64,000 nucleotides of DNA from Chiloscyllium plagiosum (lineage: Eukaryota). The stretch is taken from the NCBI RefSeq assembly GCF_004010195.1, contig NC_057718.1, positions 35,935,817 to 35,999,816 of the forward strand, given 5' to 3'. The notes below the pieces were generated by a model that had not been told where the DNA came from, made no database searches, and worked only from the letters and a program-made list of their open reading frames with translations. The position numbers and the translations under genes were made by a program. Every line of letters begins with the position of its first letter. Within the stretch, counting starts at the first letter, position 1. This document shows, piece after piece, positions 12,210 to 24,687 of the stretch.

Positions 12210-14600
12210 ATGATGTCAACTCACTTCCCAAATTAGCCAGGCATTCTGAATATCTAATAATCTGTCAATCTCAGTCTTGAACATACTCAAAAAATGGAAA
12301 ACCATTGCTTTCTGCATGGAGAATTTCAGAGACACACAGCCCTTTGAGTGAAGAATATTTTCCGTATCCTGACTGTTTAACTTAAAGTTTGATGCATCAG
12401 TTGACTTCATAGCCAAGAGAAACATTCCTCCAGGAACTACCATGACTTTCTAGGACCAACTCCCTTGGAATACCAACTCTCAGTTTCCCATAAGTTTTCC
12501 TTCAAACTGGAATTCCTTGCACTTCTACACTTTGTGCTTTATCTGCTATATTCTTGCTCACTCATTAATCCTTTTTCAGTCTCCTTGTGACCTCCTCACA
12601 GCTTAATTTTGCACCTAATTTTACAAATTTGGATACATGGCACCCTCATCTGGATTGTAATTACCTGTGAGCCAGGTAACAAATTCACAGCCTACCAACC
12701 AAAACAATGACCTGTTTATCTGCACTCTGTAATAGCCAATCTTCTGTCCATGTCTATTAATTGTAATTGGTGTAATAACCTCTCATGTGGAAACTCAACT
12801 TTTTGGAATGTTTTTGGAAATATGGTTATGCTATATCTACTAGTTCCCATTCATCAATACTCCCACTTATAAACTTAAACTCTTCACACATTTGTCAAAT
12901 CCAAAGATTTCTCTTTTGTAAATCTATATTAAGCCCATCTAATCAAATAATGATTCTCTGAGTCCCCTCTGCCCAAATAATAGATATAAACATTTCCCTA
13001 CTACTAATGTCAGTTTAACTGATTTTCTTTTCTTATTTTGTTATGTTAGTTTATCTCCTGGCTTGAATGGCAGAGTAGATATTGCTAATGCTGATCCATG
13101 ATGACTGTTGCAGAATCCGGGGAATTATGGAAAATCTGAATGAAATCATCCACTAGTTCTGTGACTATCTTTAGTAAAATCTTCAGAAGGAAGATCCATG
13201 GGATGTGTTAGCTTTTAGGACAAAAATAATTTCCAGTACCTTTTTTTTTCCAAATATATTATTTTATCTAAGTTTTTAATTCTCAATAGGTCCTTAGTTC
13301 TCTGCAATGTAGAAATCCAATATCACACAGATCAATATAGCACAGTGGTTTAATGGCCATTGATCCCCACAACCAGTCTTTACTCTTCCAACCCGCCCTG
13401 GTTCCACCTGATTTCTTCCTTCGGTCATCTCACATTGGCCTTGGCCCCAGCTTTCGTCTTCCCCAAACTGACATCCACTTGGCCCCTATACCCACTTGGC
13501 TCATTTCTATCACTTTTTAATTACTGCATGCATTCACCCCGATTTAATTTTTGGACCAAAATGTCCATGCTATAATACACTTCCTCTGTGCTTCCTGAAT
13601 GTTTCTCCTACTGTAAAGACATACAAAGTATTCATTTAATATCTCTGCCATTTCCTTTCTCCTAGTTATAATTTTTCCTGTCGCTCTACTATGGAGCCCA
13701 TATTTAGTTTTTAGATCTATAATTGTTCATATGAAATCTCTACATTTTCTGTACATACAGAAGCTTTAACTATCTGTTTCTATCCCTTGAACTTATTTTC
13801 ATGTTTTCTTTACTCTTGCTTTATCAATTTATCATCTGTGTTGAATTCTAAAATCTCCCACTTGTTCAGCTAATCACTATTTGTGGAGCATTATAAGTTT
13901 TTCCTTTCTAACTAATACAACTGTAGCTCCTCTTGTCCATCACTATTGAAAAACTTGTTCCTCGAGGGATTTATTACTTAGAGACTTGTTGCAAATTATT
14001 AATTAATTCTTCAAATGCTTACCATTTCTTATCTACCATCAAATTTTTAATTTTCTCACCACTCATACTTAACATGCTTTGCTTTGTTTGGATTTAAAAC
14101 CTCAGTTTCAATCTTAAAAATTCACCTCAATCTCAATATTAGATAGTTATCATATGATGATTATTCTTGCTTAAAGGCTCTTTTACCACAGGGTTATTGA
14201 TTAACTCTTTATCATTGCCCAAAATTAGATTTTAAATTTCTTGTTCCGCAATTGATTCTGCAAACATAATTATCTTGAAATCTTAAACTTAACTTTAATG
14301 CATTCCATGAACTTTTACTCCACAATTTATCAGCAAAATGGATTTGGCTAATCTATATTAAGATGAAAGCTCCCATGATAACAATATTATTCATATTACA
14401 TGCACCTCTAATTTCCTGAATTATATTCTGCCTAAACTACAACAACTATTAGAGGACCTATCAACCACTCCCAAAAGTGTTTTCTGCTTCTTGTGTTTCT
14501 TCGCTCCATCAAAATAGATACTGTGTCTGATTTCCTAAAGCAAAGTACTTTCTTCTTCACTGTCTTCAACCCATTATTTAGTAGCATTCCAATTTGTCTT
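12210..14600 (-). mobile_element. Old, highly degenerate CR1 LINE spanning endonuclease-to-3' regions
   Basis: Minus-strand peptide FKTEIDRLLD near 12250 and patchy CR1-like motifs along 2.4 kb. Confidence 0.55.
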
Positions 14601-14782
14601 CCAAAAGTCAATTACTCTGAAACAGTCACCTTTTTTCTAATTGAAAGAAGCAAAGGAAAAGCGGTTATGATTCCCAGATGACATTATTATCAGATATGTC
14701 AGATGGCTTGATTGATGATATTTTTATTTGTTTTGTTTTTAATTTAAGTGGTCTCTCACTGAAAGCACACGATGTTACAGTG

Positions 14783-15000
14783 TAGGAGCAAATTACTGCA
14801 GATGCGGGAATCTGAACTGAAAACAAAAAATGTTAGAGATCACAGTGGGTCAAGCAGCATTCAGGGACAGAAAGCAAGCTAACATTTTGAGTCCAGATGA
14901 CTCTTCATTGAACAGTCATTTAGACTCGAAACGTTAGATTGCTTTCTCTCCATGGTTGCTGTCTGACCTGCTGTGATCTCCAGTATTTGTTGTTTTCAAC
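14783..15000. mobile_element. Palindromic Penelope-derived mini-element
   Basis: Left arm GAAAACAAAAAATGTTAGAGATCACAG..AAGCTAACATTTTGAGTCCAGATGAC is inverted relative to right arm GTCATTTAGACTCGAAACGTTAG..CTGTGATCTCCAGTATTTGTTGTTTTC. Confidence 0.7.
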
Positions 15001-15398
15001 ATAATATTACAAATTTTGTTTTAACAACAAAACACAAACATATATTACTAAAGGAACATAGATAAAACAGAAAAATCCAAACTATCTACTTATAACACAA
15101 ATTCAAAGACTTTAAACACATAGTAAAAATGTAATCTTATTAATCCTAAAACACTCCTTTATAAATTGAAAAGAAACAAAACAGATTTTGTACTGCACCC
15201 AAACCACATCCCTGGTACAGACTTCAAAACACTACCCATTTAATACTCATGCCAGAGTCTCTGAACTAACACTTCAGCAGGTTTAAATCACTTGTAACTT
15301 CAACTTTTAGACTAGAACTGTGATTGCACTTTCCTGGAGCTACTACACACCTGAGATTCACTGTACTTAGCTGTACGTAATTGCTTATGGTTTTTATG

Positions 15399-15498
15399 GA
15401 GGAGAAAGTGAGGACTGCAGATGCTGGAGATCAGAGCTGAAAATGTGTTGCTGGAAAAGCGCAGCAGGTCAGGTAGCATCCAAGGAGCAGGAGAATTC
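15399..15498 (-). mobile_element. Short Penelope-derived insertion
   Basis: GAGAAAGTGAGGACTGCAGATGCTGGAG..; 11-bp TSD TGGTTTTTATG (15388-98 / 15499-509). Confidence 0.75.
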
Positions 15499-18299
15499 TG
15501 GTTTTTATGCCAACATTCCTAGTGTAGGACTAATATCAACATTTCTAGTTTGGGACTCATTCTAACTCATCACTCCAAAGTAATCTAATTCATTATAGGT
15601 AGAATTCCCTTCTGAAGACCATTACTCTACATAGCAATCATAATCTACATAGTTCATAGGACTGTCCAACTTATGGTCAAAGTGAAAGTGATAGTATCTC
15701 TTTCTCTCTTTATCTCTCAGCTTTGGCATTTCCCAGTACAATCGAACAAAGCTTTGAAGCTCCATTTGTTACTGTGCTGGTTTGCAAGACCATCTTAATA
15801 GACTAAAGTCCAGTGGTAATATTGTCTAATTCATTTTGCAGCCAGGTTTCAAAAGCTGTTTTAAAATAAATCACCATAGTTTACAAGGTACAAGTAAGTT
15901 ATTAACTTCAGACACACGGAAACCCCCCAATTCCTAACTCAAAACCAGAAATACAAACTAACACCAGATAACATTAAAACTATCTATGTAAATCCCACAG
16001 TTTACAACACAATGTACATGTTATTTCTGACTGCAAAGAACAGGGCTTTGTGCACTAATATCTGTAGCTTCAAATACACACAAGGGCATTGTTAGACTGC
16101 AAGCCTGACTGACAATCCCAAACTGGTGTTAGCATAATTCTCCACAAGCTCAGCATTATCCAGTAAATGTTGTCCAATTACGGAATGATATCTGATGTTG
16201 GACACTTTGAAGATTTTTCAATTGTGGACTGGTGGGGTATGATCACTATCTTGCCTATTGCAAACAGACAAAGGGATATGCTTTCTAACATGCCTTTTCA
16301 GTGTTTGAGACAAACAGCCTACCTACCTGGCATCGCATCAGTACTTAAATTTATTTATGAACATCTTTTTAACAAACCTTGGCTGTTAACTATCAATCAT
16401 TATTAATTGGCACATTCCCTACGGAACGTCTCTACCAGAGTCTGCTTGCCAACCAAGCAAAACTCTTCTTTCATGCAGAATCAATGTAGGGTTTCCCTTC
16501 AATTGGCATTCTTGTGAATTGTCCAGGGAAATACAAGATGAAAAACTTTGACAAAATGTGCCACTTTTCAGCAAAACTCTAGTTCTGTCGTAGCAAGTGA
16601 CTACTACCCTTCTACCCTCCTGCGATGGAACGGCCTTCCATCATCCACTCTGTTTGGAAACTTCCTGATTTTGAAACTTATCAACTCTCTTCTCAAGCTT
16701 GCCTTTTTTGAGGAAGGACGATGCTTCACTGAACCATATACAGTAACTGAATTTCCTCACTCCTACCAACTATTCTTACACACCTTTTTATACACTTTTC
16801 TCAATTAAGGCGCTTAGAATTGAACACAATATTCCCGTTGAGGCCGAACCAGTGTTTTATAAAGGCCTATTACTTTGAAATGGTTCTCAACTTACCTAAC
16901 TGGTTTGATTAAAATAAATCGTTATTCTTGTCTACTAAACCACGGCTACCGGGCCTTTAAAAATCCAAATGATTATTTGCACTGGAGGACTTCTGCAGAT
17001 TCCTGCTCCTGGTTTGAGTTGCATCCAGCCACATAAGAATTAGGATTTTATCCTTCGTTTATCGGCCCTTCAGGTGACAGTTATGACTTTCTAATTGCAG
17101 CTGGATTGTCATATCGAGCTGCCGGGTGCTGACCCTCTTTCTGGGTACCGGTAGCTACTGACCATCATCTTAAGGGCCTTTGCATTCAGGTGGAAGACCA
17201 GGACTTGCTAGGTGACTATATCTATGTCGTCACCCACTTCCAACCGCAGTAGAACTAGATTGTTCGTCCTTCGGTCATAGTTTACAGCTAAACCCCCACT
17301 GAGGAATTTGATTACAGTGGAGGCAAGGTAGGCGAGGCTGTCCCCATCCTCTCGGCTGCATCTGCACAATCTCAGAGGAAACAGGAACTGGGTGGCCTGG
17401 CAATTGCAGTGGATGATTGAATAAAAAGGTTTGCGTCTACAAGAACCGGTAACTGTGGACACTGGAAACCTGAAACACAAACAGAAAGTGCTGAAGAAAC
17501 TCAGCAGGTCTGGCAGCATCCTGAGAGAGAGAGAACAGTTTGAGTCCAGTGACCTGTCCTTCTGACGACCCTTGCTTGCCTCCCTGCTGTGTTACTGATG
17601 TACCATATTTGGCCACATGTAGCAAATGTACGAGGTGCAGGAACTTGGAGGGGTCCTGATTCAGTTCAGCGGTAAGCAAAAACATACAGGTTTTGAATTA
17701 TTAATATTTTTTATTAGATTGCAAAAATCTATGCCTTAAGTAACGGGGGGAAATGATGATCAGCATATCTTAAATTACCTTCAGGCCTGACTTAAAGGCT
17801 CAAAACATACTTAAAGGACAACCAAGACATTTTCCGTTGATATCTAAGGGAAATGTTCATTCTATATATTAGCCCTCTTGTACTTATCCTGTAATACATC
17901 GTTACTCTCTGAAAACAGCTGAGCGCCTCCAATAGTAATAGAACTAGAAAGCTGCATTTCACACAGGTATCTCCTGAGTTGGATGAGAATTGAATTTTCG
18001 CTCTTTTCCAGCTGCACTGACTGTGCCTTCAGTTACTAACTGCTATGTATCCATTGGTTTTATTGCAAGTTCTTTCTTGTTTGCAATGGGAAATTACATC
18101 GGAACTACAGTCATTCCACTTGCCCAAGGGCAAAAAACCTAATTGACCAGAGCAATCAGTGGGAAGTTCCAAACATTATGTTCCTTCTAAAGTACCCGCT
18201 GCTTTTCCTTAGTTTGAGAGCTGTCAGTAAAGAATTAAATAATAATACATCATGAATCGTCAATTTAATATATTTTAATTAAGTTCCCTATCACTTTGA

Positions 18300-20560
18300 C
18301 TGGAAGTTGGACCTGTATAATCACTCCACAGCGAATAGCCCGGGACATGGTTACATCCCATTTCGTGTCATCTTAAGTTGTATTGAATTGCGATTTGATG
18401 TACAAAAGAGAAAAAAAAACTACCCCGATTATTACTTCTTTAAAATCTGCAATGTGGCAAAAAATCTAAATGCTCATGCAGCGTAACGACAGAAGTCCTC
18501 GCCCAGATTTACGTTTTAATGTCCCCATCTCGCGTCTTGGTCTTAACAAAGTGCCGGATCTAAGTAGGAAAGAAGGCTACAGAGAGGCGAGAGTCAAATA
18601 GTTTGAACTTTGGTTATGCCTCGAGGGCCCCAACTTTGTGTTTGGAAATCAAAAGAAAGTCCTAGCAGACCCGAGGCGAACGTGACACATTCTCCCTCAA
18701 AGCCTGGAGAGATATCTAGTGTGTCTGGTTTGTTTCCATGCTGTAAACAGTCGCCAGTCCAAATCAGGAAGTCCGAATATAGGTGTAATGTTAACGTGTG
18801 AGCCCGGAACAGTGCCGAGGATATGGTTTTTGCAGAGTCTTGTTTGTCGATTGCAGGCTGTGGTTGAAGGGGCGCTGTGGTTAGTGGAAGCCGTTCACGT
18901 CACTCTAGTGCTGGAGTCCTGCTCGTTAACCCGCCTGTGGGGCTGAGCCACACTCAGAGAGAGAGAGAGAGGCAGGCAGACCGAGGAACCACAGCAGCTT
19001 CAGCATTAAACCAGGCACTCAACCCCTCGATTCGGCACCTCTCCCCGCGCAGCAAGGCAAGAAAATGCTGAGGTGGGAATAACATGTCTGACAACTTTTC
19101 GGCATCACCAGCCTTGAAAACTCGATAAGAGCAACCGGGAGGGATCTGAGCCGTGTTTGAGGAGTGAGGGCGACAGTCCTTACAGTGAACCCATGCGCTG
19201 GGGCCGGGAAGTCCATGCGGCTCCAGGGTTTGCTCGAAGATGAAGTTTGGAAGCGGCCCCTTGATCCTGAATGTTGGGGGAACCCGATATTCGTTCCCGA
19301 AGGATATGATCAAGGACTTCCCCCTCAGAAGGGTTAGCAGACTTCACAACTGTGTCTCGGAGAAAGAGGTTCTGGAAGTGTGCGATGACTATGATCAGGA
19401 GAGAAATGAGTATTTTTTTGACAGGCATTCCGAGGCGTTCGGCTTCATTATGCTTTACGTTAAGTATGGCAAGCTCCGGTTTGTCCCTCACATGTGCGAG
19501 CTGTCCTTTTACAATGAGTTAATTTACTGGGGTCTGGACCGCTCGAACCTCGAATACTGCTGCCAGAGGCGGCTGGATGACAGGATGTCTGACACCTATA
19601 CCTTCTACTCCGAGGAGGAGGAAGAGCTGAAAAGGCAGAGGAAAAAGGAGTTAAAAAAGAGCTCCTCATCCAATAGGAAATGGCTGGATAGGATGAGGAG
19701 GACTTTTGAGGAGCCCACCTCGTCTGTAGCGGCCCAGATTCTGGCAACCGTGTCGGTGGTATTTGTTATCGTTTCCATGGTGGTATTGTGCGCCAGCACA
19801 CTACCAGACTGGAAAACAGCCGAGAACAACAGTGTGGAGGAGCACAGGTACACAGAAAATTTAATGGGACCATCAGGGTATCTATAACTTCTTCTTAATT
19901 TATGGTGTTAAGTTTCTCTATGGGTGTGAACGTCTTTTGTCCATTAATGCGGTTGCAAAGTCTTTATTTGTGTGACGTTGAAATCTGTTGTCGTGTCTTT
20001 TTTTCCCCCCTAAGAGTGTTTGGACTTCACAAAAGCGAAACTTCACAAAACACAACTCCCGCGATGTGCGGCCAGGGCTCGAGTTAGAAGCTACTGAATG
20101 TAGATTGCTATTTTCACATGAAGATACGAGTGGTAGTTTTCCAAGTGACAGCGGCTTCCAAGCCAGAAGCCAGTGGTTTCAATCTCCACTCCGCGTGCTT
20201 GATCGCATCTGATAGCTCAATGGAGTACGGGCGGGGGGGGGGGGCGGTGCGCTGTTAGAGATGCCGTTTCTAAGATCTATGGAAATAAACGTGAAGAAAA
20301 CGGGTGTCCGTGCCATTATCTATCCCTTAGCTCCTGGCTGATTGTGGGATACAAATGTAGAGGCTATGTATTTTTAACGCTACAAAGCTACAAAAATAAT
20401 TTGGCGGGTGGTCGTGAAGGACGGTGCGTAACCCAAGTTTTTTCTCTCTGTCTCAGCACATCGGCCCCTCGCACACCCATTCTCTCTGACACATGTTAAA
20501 GCGAATCACGCCTGGAGCCGCCAGATGCGCCTAGTATTTACAGAAAGTCCCTCCTCGAAC
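18300..20560. promoter_or_regulatory. CpG-rich promoter/first-exon region of KCNG3
   Basis: Visible rise in CpG and GC content flanking exon 1 relative to the CpG-poor background. Confidence 0.6.
19240..19877 (+). CDS. KCNG3: KCNG3 (Kv6.3 silent voltage-gated K+ channel subunit), coding exon 1: T1/BTB domain and S1; long donor ends at 19877, short donor at 19847
   Basis: ORF from ATG 19240 reads LNVGGTRY..KDFPLRRVSRLH..EVCDDYD..RNEYFFDRHSEAFGFI..MCELSFYNE..YCCQRRLDDRMSDTYTFYS..RMRRTFEEPTSS..QILATVSVVFVIVSMVVLCASTLPDW, matching recalled vertebrate KCNG3. Phase-2 donors AG|GTACAC (19847) and GG|GTATCT (19877). Confidence 0.96.
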
Positions 20561-21603
20561 AAACCATGTTAAATATTACAAAGTGGGGGGCCAATCAACC
20601 GACAACATTTCCTCTGTAGGCGGATTGTTTTTTTCTTTGGCGAGTCTGTCATGGATAGAAAAATCAATAGAAGTTTCCCGCTGGATGCTACAACTTGTAA
20701 ACAAAAGCGAGACCTGTAATTATTTCCAACATAGAAAATGTAACATGGATTGGATGGTATTGAAATTATGTAGTCAATATTTCTCAATTCTATATAACTT
20801 ATTTCGATCATGAATTTGGGATTGAACTAAATGCAAGAGGAATACGCTTGCTCAAAAAATGAACTTTTTCATGTAAGTCTCGTTCATAACCATTCTCCTT
20901 CTGATCCCAATTTGTGATACTCCTGATAATGATAGGAACAATTCTACAAAACTAACATGTGTCTTTTGTATAACACCGATAATGATCCTTCCATTTAATA
21001 AGAAATACACATCTGGGAAATAAATTAGAAACTCAGTAGTCTATTTCGTTCTGAACATCAAGGACTAGTTGCAACAAAAACAGAAATGGTTGGGAATACT
21101 CGGTAGGTCTAGCAGCAACTGTGGAGATCCAGTGACCCTACTTCAGGACTAAATTTTACTGTCGCCCAATGTAAAACGTTCATCTTCACACTCCTCTCAG
21201 TATTACATAATCATTGATATCCTTCAAAATATGCCGACACGCAGCTTCTCAACTGCGTCCTTGCAGTTCACAGACTTTCTTACTGTGCTCTTTAAACGAC
21301 TCCCGATCAAAGTCCATGTCCGCCCGACTTTCATTCTCTCAGTTTTATTAAACATTCTTCAAGAAATGTCTCCAGAAATGGCTGCAACATGCCCAGCGCC
21401 TCCTTTCTCATTTGACCAGGGTGACAAGACACAATGTCCTGTCCAAATTAATGGAAAAACCTGTAGATGATATATAAAAAACTTACTCCTGTCAAGTGGG
21501 ACTATAGTTGTATCTTCAAATTGCAGTCGAGATATTTGGTCGCATTATTCCAGGGGCTTGCCTAGGCGGAAGTGTGGCGCCTTTGGCGATGTCACCTTTT
21601 GAC

Positions 21604-21693
21604 CTGCTCCTCGGATGCTGCCAGACCTGCTGTGCTTTTCCAGCACCACTCTAATCTAGACTCTGGTTTCCAGCATCTGCAGCCCTTGTTTTT
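21604..21693 (+). mobile_element. Short Penelope-derived insertion in KCNG3 intron
   Basis: CTGCTCCTCGGATGCTGCC..CCAGCATCTGCAG; 10-bp TSD ACCTTTTGAC (21594-603 / 21694-703). Confidence 0.7.
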
Positions 21694-22707
21694 ACCTTTT
21701 GACACGAAATCTGTGGATAGAAATGATTCTTTGGCATGTAAACAAAATCGGTGTATCCGGCCCAATATTGGCTTTATGCTCTTTATAAATCTGGCTCTTG
21801 GGTTGCCTGTACTGTTTGGAGGTAACGCCTGTCAAGTTAAAAAAAGTACAAAGTAATTGCAGTTAGTGCCATCTTCAACTGATTTAGATGTTTCCAGACA
21901 ATATTCCCAGATGCAGCTCTCCTTATGTGCTAGTCAATTCTTATCCCTCAGCGACTTTTCTAATAAAATAAATAATCCTGTCATCGATCGATAGGAGCTT
22001 GGCTGAGACATTAGGATAGCCCCAATTCAAAAGCAGTAATGTGCATAAACGTTGTAATAAAAAACCTGATTTTCTGTACAGATTGATGACGTAAACACAT
22101 AACACTGAAGTCTGTAGGTTTGACGTCTCTCTTGGAGTACACATAGAAATTTGTCCTATAGATGCAAATTCAATTGTCGTCGGTATTGGAATAAAAGGTT
22201 AAACCAGAATATTACAAACTTGACTGCACGTTTGAAAGTGCGGATGTTGACATTATCTTCAGGTTAGTTTCACACTGCCCGCGGTCAAATTTTCTTAGAG
22301 GAACTAAAGACAAATTTGAGGCGTAGGCACTTAAACGTTACCATGGCCAGCTTTGCAGCAGAATTAAGTGAAACGCGAAAAAAAAGTCAGAGAGTAGGAA
22401 AGAGAAAATTGAAGCCTTAAAATACTAAAATCCAGAAGCAAACATCGAGATTTGTTCCTACAACCAGGGGTGTCAGTTGCTCTTTAGCCCTCGGTTCCCT
22501 GTTAGGCAAGTCATAATGATTTTATATAGGTTCCACTGTACGGAGAGTTAGCTGCTAAACAGGAGCCTCAAACAAATACTGGGTTCCACCATTTCTTGCA
22601 ATAATTTGTACTCTCGCATGAGTTGCAGAACGTTTTTGACATTTTAGCCTAAAGCTTAAACCCTTCGGTGCTTATCACCTGTCCAGGGCAAATGTAATAG
22701 AGGATAG

Positions 22708-23332
22708 ACTAGATTAGATTCACTACAGTGTGGAAACAGGCCCTTCGGCCCAACAAGTCCACACCGACCCTCTGAAGAGTAACCCAGCTAGACCAATTTC
22801 CCTACATTTATCCCTGACTAATGCACCTAACACTATGGTCAATTCACCTAACCTGCACATCATTGGATTGTTGGAGGAAACCGGAGGACCCGGAGGAAAC
22901 CCACACAGACAACGGGAGTCATAGAGATGTACAGCATGGAAACAGACCCTTCGGTCGAACCCGTCCATGCCGACCAGATATCCCAACCCAATCTAATCCC
23001 ACCTGACAGCACCCGGCCCATATCCCTCCAAACCCTTCCTATTCATATACCCATCCAAATGCCTCTTAAATGTTGCAATTGTACCAGCCTCCACCACATC
23101 CTCTGGCAGCTCATTCCATACACATACCACCCTCTGCTCCTTAGGTCTCTTTTATATCTTTCCCCTCTCACCCTAAATCTATGCCCTCTAGTTCTGGACT
23201 CCCCGACCCTAGGGAAAAGACTTTGCCTATTTATCCTATCCATGCCCCGCTCCACACAGATAGTCACTGGAGGCTGGAATTGAACCCGGGTCTCTGGTGG
23301 TGTGAGGCAGCAGTGCTAACCACTGAGCCATA
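22708..23332 (-). mobile_element. HE1-like SINE split by a nested CR1 3' fragment (~22917-23248), in KCNG3 intron
   Basis: SINE tail and V-domain at 22708-22915, SINE tRNA head at 23250-23332, with CR1 3' end (RTRGHRFRVRGERYKRDL on minus strand) between them. Confidence 0.85.
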
Positions 23333-23483
23333 ATAGCTGGCACGGGGACGTTGATTGGGTGACTGTTAGGGGAGTATACTTTCTGTAGATTTATGTTATT
23401 GTGTTCCTTTGCCATTTCATCCCCGCATATTTCGTAACCGTTTTCGGCTGGTTTTACTTTTTTTTCTTATTGTTGGTCTATAG

Positions 23484-24129
23484 GATAATCGAAGCGATCT
23501 GCATGGGTTGGTTCACCGCCGAGTGCATTGTGAGGTTTCTCGTCTCGAAAAACAAGTGCGACTTTGTGAGAAAGCCTCTGAACATTATTGACCTCCTGGC
23601 CATCACGCCGTACTACATCTCGGTGTTGATGTCCTTCTTCACCGGCGAGAACTCGCAGTTACAACGGGCTGGGGTGACCCTCAGGGTCCTGAGGATGATG
23701 AGGATTTTCTGGGTGATCAAACTTGCTCGTCACTTCATTGGCTTGCAGACGCTGGGCTTGACTCTGAAACGTTGCTACCGGGAGATGGTTATGCTCTTGG
23801 TGTTTATCTGCGTCGCCATGGCGATATTTGGCGCCCTCGCTCAGTTGTTGGAAAGCGGACTCGACTTGGAGGATAAGAATCCAGCCTATGCCAGTATCCC
23901 GGCCTCCTGCTGGTGGGTGATCATCTCCATGACCACTGTAGGATATGGGGACATGTATCCCTTCACCATCCCCGGCAGGATTCTGGGAGGAATGTGTGTG
24001 GTCAGCGGCATCGTCCTGCTAGCGCTGCCCATCACCTTCATCTACCACAGCTTCGTGCACTGTTACCATGAGCTCAAATTCAGATCAGCTCGCTGTGGTC
24101 GGAGCTTATCACTAGAATATCTGAACTGA
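23484..24129 (+). CDS. KCNG3: KCNG3 coding exon 2: S2-S6, pore and C-terminus; spliced product 417 or 427 aa
   Basis: Pyrimidine tract plus TAG|G acceptor at 23482-83, phase compatible with exon 1. Encodes IIEAICMGWFTAEC, S4 RVLRMMRIFWVIKLARH, pore TTVGYGD, S6 LALPIT (silent-subunit variant of PVP) and ends SLSLEYLN-TGA. Confidence 0.97.
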
Positions 24130-24329
24130 GAGTGAGGTGAACTAAATGCAGAGAGGCTCGTGTGGAGCATTAAGGGGCAATATACAGCAGCCAGGCCTAA
24201 TGTGCTGTGACCATTGCAACTATGTGGTGGTAACTGGGAATCCAGAGGCTGAGCATTAAGACACCGTTCAGTTTGAGACATTTATGGCAGGAAGACGTGT
24301 TTCGAAGCCCCGTGCAATTAATATGGTGG

Positions 24330-24687
24330 AACAAATTAATGCAGATGCTGGCATCTGTACTGAAAACAGCAAATGCTGAAGATCACAGTGGGTCAAGGCA
24401 GCATCCTTGAACAGAGTTAAAAATCACACAACACCAGGTTATAGTCCAACAGGTATATTTGGAATCACTAGCTTTCAGACCACTGGTCCTTCATCAAGCT
24501 AGTGCTTCCAAATAAACCTGTTGCACTAGAACCTGGTGTTGTGTGATTTTTAACTTTGTTCTCCCCAGACCAATACTGGCACATCCAAATGCACGAAGAG
24601 AGAGCAAGCTAACGTTTCGAGTCTAGATGACCCTCTCATCTGGATGCTGCCTGATCCGCTGTGATCTCCAGCATTTGTTGTTTTCAG
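24330..24687. mobile_element. Two nested palindromic Penelope-derived elements just 3' of the KCNG3 stop
   Basis: Outer arms CTGAAAACAGCAAATGCTGAAGATCACAG / CTGTGATCTCCAGCATTTGTTGTTTTCAG; inner arms TTAAAAATCACACAACACCAGGTT / AACCTGGTGTTGTGTGATTTTTAA. Confidence 0.75.

Noticed and set aside
18954..19853. Several minus-strand ORFs over KCNG3 exon 1
   Set aside because: Antisense shadows of a GC-rich coding exon.
23401..23483. N-terminal part of the 242-aa ORF
   Set aside because: It is the intron's pyrimidine tract upstream of the AG acceptor.
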